Below are positions 60,151-64,000 of a stretch of 64,000 nt of DNA, one piece after another. Source of the stretch: Chiloscyllium plagiosum (lineage: Eukaryota). The notes beneath the pieces were generated by a model. That model searched no databases. It was not told where the DNA came from and saw nothing but the letters and a program-made list of their open reading frames with translations. Each line of letters opens with the position of its first letter. Position 1 is the first letter of the stretch. The stretch lies in NCBI RefSeq assembly GCF_004010195.1, contig NC_057752.1, positions 8,080,317 through 8,144,316 on the forward strand, given 5' to 3'. A program made the translations under genes and the position numbers.

Positions 60151-61650
60151 ATGATTATTGGAGGTCAGTCATCTCAGCTCCAGGACATCTCTGCAGGAGT
60201 TCATTAACATAGGTATTCCTAATCAACCTGTCCCAAGATGCTGTGACACACCTCTGAAGCAGATGAGAATTGAATCCAGGTCTTCTAGTCCAGAGGTAGG
60301 GACACCACCACTGTGCCATCTAGGCAAGACCAGTAGAAAATGGCTGATCAAGTCCCAAGCCCCAATGATATCCACATCCTACTGTAACCTAACTGGCTAC
60401 TTCATTATCTGGAGCTGTGAAGAGAGTTATACACTATTAATCAGCAGCCACAGCTCCACACTCAATCTTTGGCAAGTGGACGTAATTCAGAATTGAGCAG
60501 CTGAAGATGATTGAATTGAGGAAACTTATGGCATCATGCAGCGATAAACCAAGTGTACAATGACCACCTAACAAAGAACTTCATTTGCATCAAGTACAAC
60601 TGCACTTACTGGACACTACCTTCACTCCAATTCATATTTGCCAATACTTCATTGACTTCCCCTACTTAAATACTGTCTTGCTGTCAAGGATACTTGCTAC
60701 TCTTGCATTCCATTTGGTATACAACTCTTGGGTCCATATCTGCATCAAGACCAAGATTAGGCTGAAGCTAAGATGTTCTGTCAGAATTTGACTGTGCAGC
60801 TTAAGAGTTTAAAATGATTATGTTTGCCATTGTGACACCACCTTCCGAAACATGAACACAATCATGATGGTGGAAATCATGACCATTTCATCTATGGTTA
60901 ATCCATTGTTAAGAGAATTCATTCAATCTCTTTCATGTGCAGTAAATAAACAACCACAAAAGGAGACCAAAAGTGTAAAGACTCTTTTGTCAAAACAAAA
61001 ATCAGCAATATTAAATAGTTACAATTTCAGGAACGAAAGTGTAGGGTGTCCTAAATGGATTCTATTTGAGTACTGAACGAGGGAGATAGTTTGATAGATA
61101 CATAAAACACCAAAAGCTCTTCTCCCAGCTCAACCCAAATCTTAGGACAAACCTGTTGGTCAAGAAAACATTGGACTGCAGAAGGTATGCAGAATAATTG
61201 AGACCACATGCCTCACATTTGACCAAAACAACTACATGCAGATCAAATTCTTTACTAGGATTAAATTCTAATTGTGTGGTCCAAGGTTCTATACCCTCAA
61301 TTGCTTCTGCGCCAGGCTGGTCAGAGTATCCTTCAACTCCACAGTCCAAAAATGTGCAGGTTAGGTGAATTGGCCCATGCTAAATTGCCCGTAGTGTTAG
61401 GTGCAGGGGTAAATGTAGGGGAATGGGTCTGGGTGGGTTGAGCTTCAGTGGGTCGGTGTGGACTTGAAGGGCATGTTTCCACACTGTAAGTAATCTAAAT
61501 CTAAATCCTGGGCCTACCAGGAACCAGGCTAAGGGTAGCAATTCCTGCAATCATTTGCGGGAAGGAGCCCAAGATGTTGGTGCCCTTTGCACCAGCAGAC
61601 GCAAGATTTGCTCCAATGCTTGCCAATCAACGTTAATATTTGAGAACAAA
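60151..61650 (-). repeat. Inverted segmental duplication, copy B
   Basis: Reverse complement of 3776-5214, lacking the 3942-4031 insert and carrying its own HE1 insert at 61340-61507. Confidence 0.97.
61340..61507 (+). mobile_element. HE1 SINE, 5'-truncated
   Basis: Starts at cacagtccaaa and ends in (CTAAAT)n. Absent from the paralogous site at ~3918. Confidence 0.9.
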
Positions 61651-62441
61651 CTTCATATTCTTCAAAGTTTTGCTTTAATGTCAGGCAGTTTTTTTTGTTT
61701 TTCCCATTGGCAGAGCATGTTTAACCAACAACTTCAGTTTAAGGTCATATCTGAGTTTTGCATGTAATAAAAACTTGGGAGGAGTGTTGAAAGGCAACTG
61801 AGACTTGAAGAACTGGAATCCAGCAAACCTTTAGGAGATAAGGAGAAAAAAGGAAAGGAACTACTTTTTAGTTGCCAAGAGAAAGTTGAGAAAACAAAAC
61901 TGGAGCAGTTAATTGCATCCCTTACCCTTTTGTGGTATAACAGCAACAGGTGTAATAATCCAAGTTCAAAATTTTTGAATGCATGCCAAATGAAATTTGA
62001 AATTGAATTGCAACTGTATGAGTAACATTGAATATACTGAATAGAGTGGCAGGAAAATAAATACTGGTTTAGTGACAAAAACAGGACCTGTTCAGGTAAT
62101 ATTCATCTCTCGCATATCCAAACACCATTACCATTTGGCATTATTTCACTTTTGGAGGATTCTTTTAAATTTAGAAAAATAGCTGTCAACTTTCCTATTT
62201 TATTGATTGAGTTTGTTTTCATCAATAAGAGATATATATAAGAGAACTAAAATTTACATTTTAGACACTCACTAAGCACATCCAATCAGAAACAAGACTA
62301 GTAAAGCTCCTCTACTTCAGAAAATCTTGAGAGCTTCCTTGACTGTACTTGCATAGTGTTTTCACTTTACATATAGTGATCTCACTAATTATTTTATGCT
62401 GAATTGGAAGCAAATTATCACATGAACCTATTCCTACCAGA

Positions 62442-62515
62442 GATGGGTATCAACCTACAGATATTCACTTCAAGTGGATGGGCATCAATCTACAGATATT
62501 CACTTCAAGTGGATG
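62442..62515 (+). repeat. 35-bp tandem duplication
   Basis: gatggg(t/c)atcaa(c/t)ctacagatattcacttcaagtg x2 plus gatg. Confidence 0.9.
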
Positions 62516-62779
62516 CAGTAGAATAGTCATGTTCCAGGACTAGAGATGAGAACTAACATCACAACATGACAATTCAAACTCAGCTTTAGAAAATCTAGAA
62601 ATTGTATCATGCAATTTTCTAACAGTTGTAAAAACCAAATTGGTTTATTAATGTCTGTACATTAGAGTCATCACTTCTGTACCATACAAACATGATTCCT
62701 ATCATGTAGCCAACAGGGTAGTCACTTGCATCTCAAGGTAACATTGTGAGAGAGCAAAGGTCAGTATTAAGAGCAGTTA

Positions 62780-63265
62780 CTCAGATTAAAGGATCCACAA
62801 AGTTCACTGCTTAGATCACAATGATTAAGTATTAACTATTTGATTTATTCATAAATCTTCTCAATCAAAATTTGCCAATTATACCAAATATGGTGGTATG
62901 GCAGAGGAAAATGCATCATAAGACACTATAAAACTTACAGTTGAGCAGGAAATAAATTTTCACGTAGATGACTAAAAAGTGATACCCTTTGGTTAGAAAA
63001 GCTGAAACATCACCCACACTTTGGAAAACAAGAAATTAAACAAGGTACAGAAAACAAAAATTTCAGGATAAAAGGGGAATAATTTTTTTTTAATAACAGG
63101 CAAGGCTGGTCAGCAAATCATCAAAAAAATGCTATCAAAGCACTGGGGTTTAGTCTCATGGATATAGAATTTGCAAGTAGAATTTAACTTTGGACTTTGG
63201 TCAGAGCTGTTCTGTGAATAGTTCTGGTTCCCATGCTGTATAAAAAGTATCATGGAGAAAGTAAA
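62780..63265 (+). mobile_element. Very old CR1 remnant
   Basis: KFANYTKYGG-like sequence and degenerate C-terminal motifs. Confidence 0.5.
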
Positions 63266-63292
63266 AAAAAAAAATCCTTCAATCAGAACAGT

Positions 63293-63580
63293 AGGAAGGA
63301 GCCCAAGATATTCGTGCCCTTTTCACCAGCACCTTGCTCCAATACCTAGGCCCCATTAACATTAATATTTTAGAATAAAACCTGGTGCAATGGGAACATT
63401 ATTTAAGAATATGTAGCTGTGTGTTTTCCCCATTGGCAGAGGATGTTTAACCAAACAACTGAAGTTTATAGGCTATGCTTGAATTTTACACAATGAACAC
63501 TTGGGAGAGGTTCTGAAATGCAAGTGCCACTTGAAGAACTGGAACCCAGCAAACACTTAGAGGCAAGGAGAAAAAAAGAA
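63293..63580 (+). repeat. Older direct copy of 61558-61858
   Basis: Shared blocks ggaaggagcccaagat..gtgcccttt, ttaatattt.agaa.aaa, cccattggcagag.atgtttaaccaa, acttggga, cttgaagaactggaa.ccagcaaac. Confidence 0.85.
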
Positions 63581-64000
63581 AATGACTAGAAATAAGTTTT
63601 CAATTTCAAGGATGTTACTGGAGTTGAGCTGATTATAGATATCAGGAAAAAAAATAAAATTAAGAGAGAAGACCTGACAGAGTTGCTTGAAATTATAAAT
63701 GGCTAGACAAGGTAAATTGTGGAAAGAATATTTCCACTTATTGCAGAATCCAAAATTAGGGGTCACAAATTCAAACAGTTCAAAAGGAACAGCATCTAAC
63801 CAAATGGACCATCCATTACTCATCAGTGTCCCTAGCATCATGGCTTCTCTCTGCCTCAAATATTTTCTACAGATAGTGAGAACAAATTTAGCAGGCATGA
63901 TCTATTTATATCTTTCTTACAAAAAAAGATTGAGTCTTAACATTTACCACTCTTCAATGGCTCTCCTGAACATAAACCTTCATATTAGCATGCACACATG

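Noticed and set aside
61700..61790. Box C/D snoRNA between TCCCA and TGGGA
   Set aside because: No properly placed RUGAUGA/CUGA boxes conserved in both copies.
62442..62515. 35-bp repeats as a CRISPR-like array
   Set aside because: Two adjacent units with no spacer in vertebrate DNA: a simple tandem duplication.

Overview
Vertebrate nuclear DNA, almost certainly from a shark: it carries HE1/V-SINEs, HER1-type CR1 LINEs and DeuSINE relics (orectolobiform origin is a guess). Two protein-coding genes lie on the minus strand in the order and orientation known from mammals. One is a ZC3H10-like gene with one main coding exon (36390-37229, three CCCH fingers plus coiled coil, C-terminal tail missing). 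The other is the first coding exon of ESYT1 (6382-6708), whose remaining exons must lie left of the window. A large part of the window is nested retroelements: CR1, L2, Rex/Babar, a decayed Gypsy, a solo LTR, SINEs and a 3.7-kb Penelope-like element with an inverted 5' arm. The most interesting signals are: (1) 40-200 bp Penelope-type mini-elements carrying minimal hammerhead ribozyme cores, inserted with ~15-bp target duplications and often as palindromes; (2) a ~1.4-kb inverted duplication (3776-5214 vs 60151-61650) with patchy near-identity that brackets a 55-kb block holding the ESYT1 promoter/exon 1 and the ZC3H10 coding exon; (3) candidate micro-exons that would extend ZC3H10 in frame. 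Most ORFs in the supplied track are repeat-derived or spurious. Everything was read by eye, and repeat boundaries are approximate unless a TSD is quoted.
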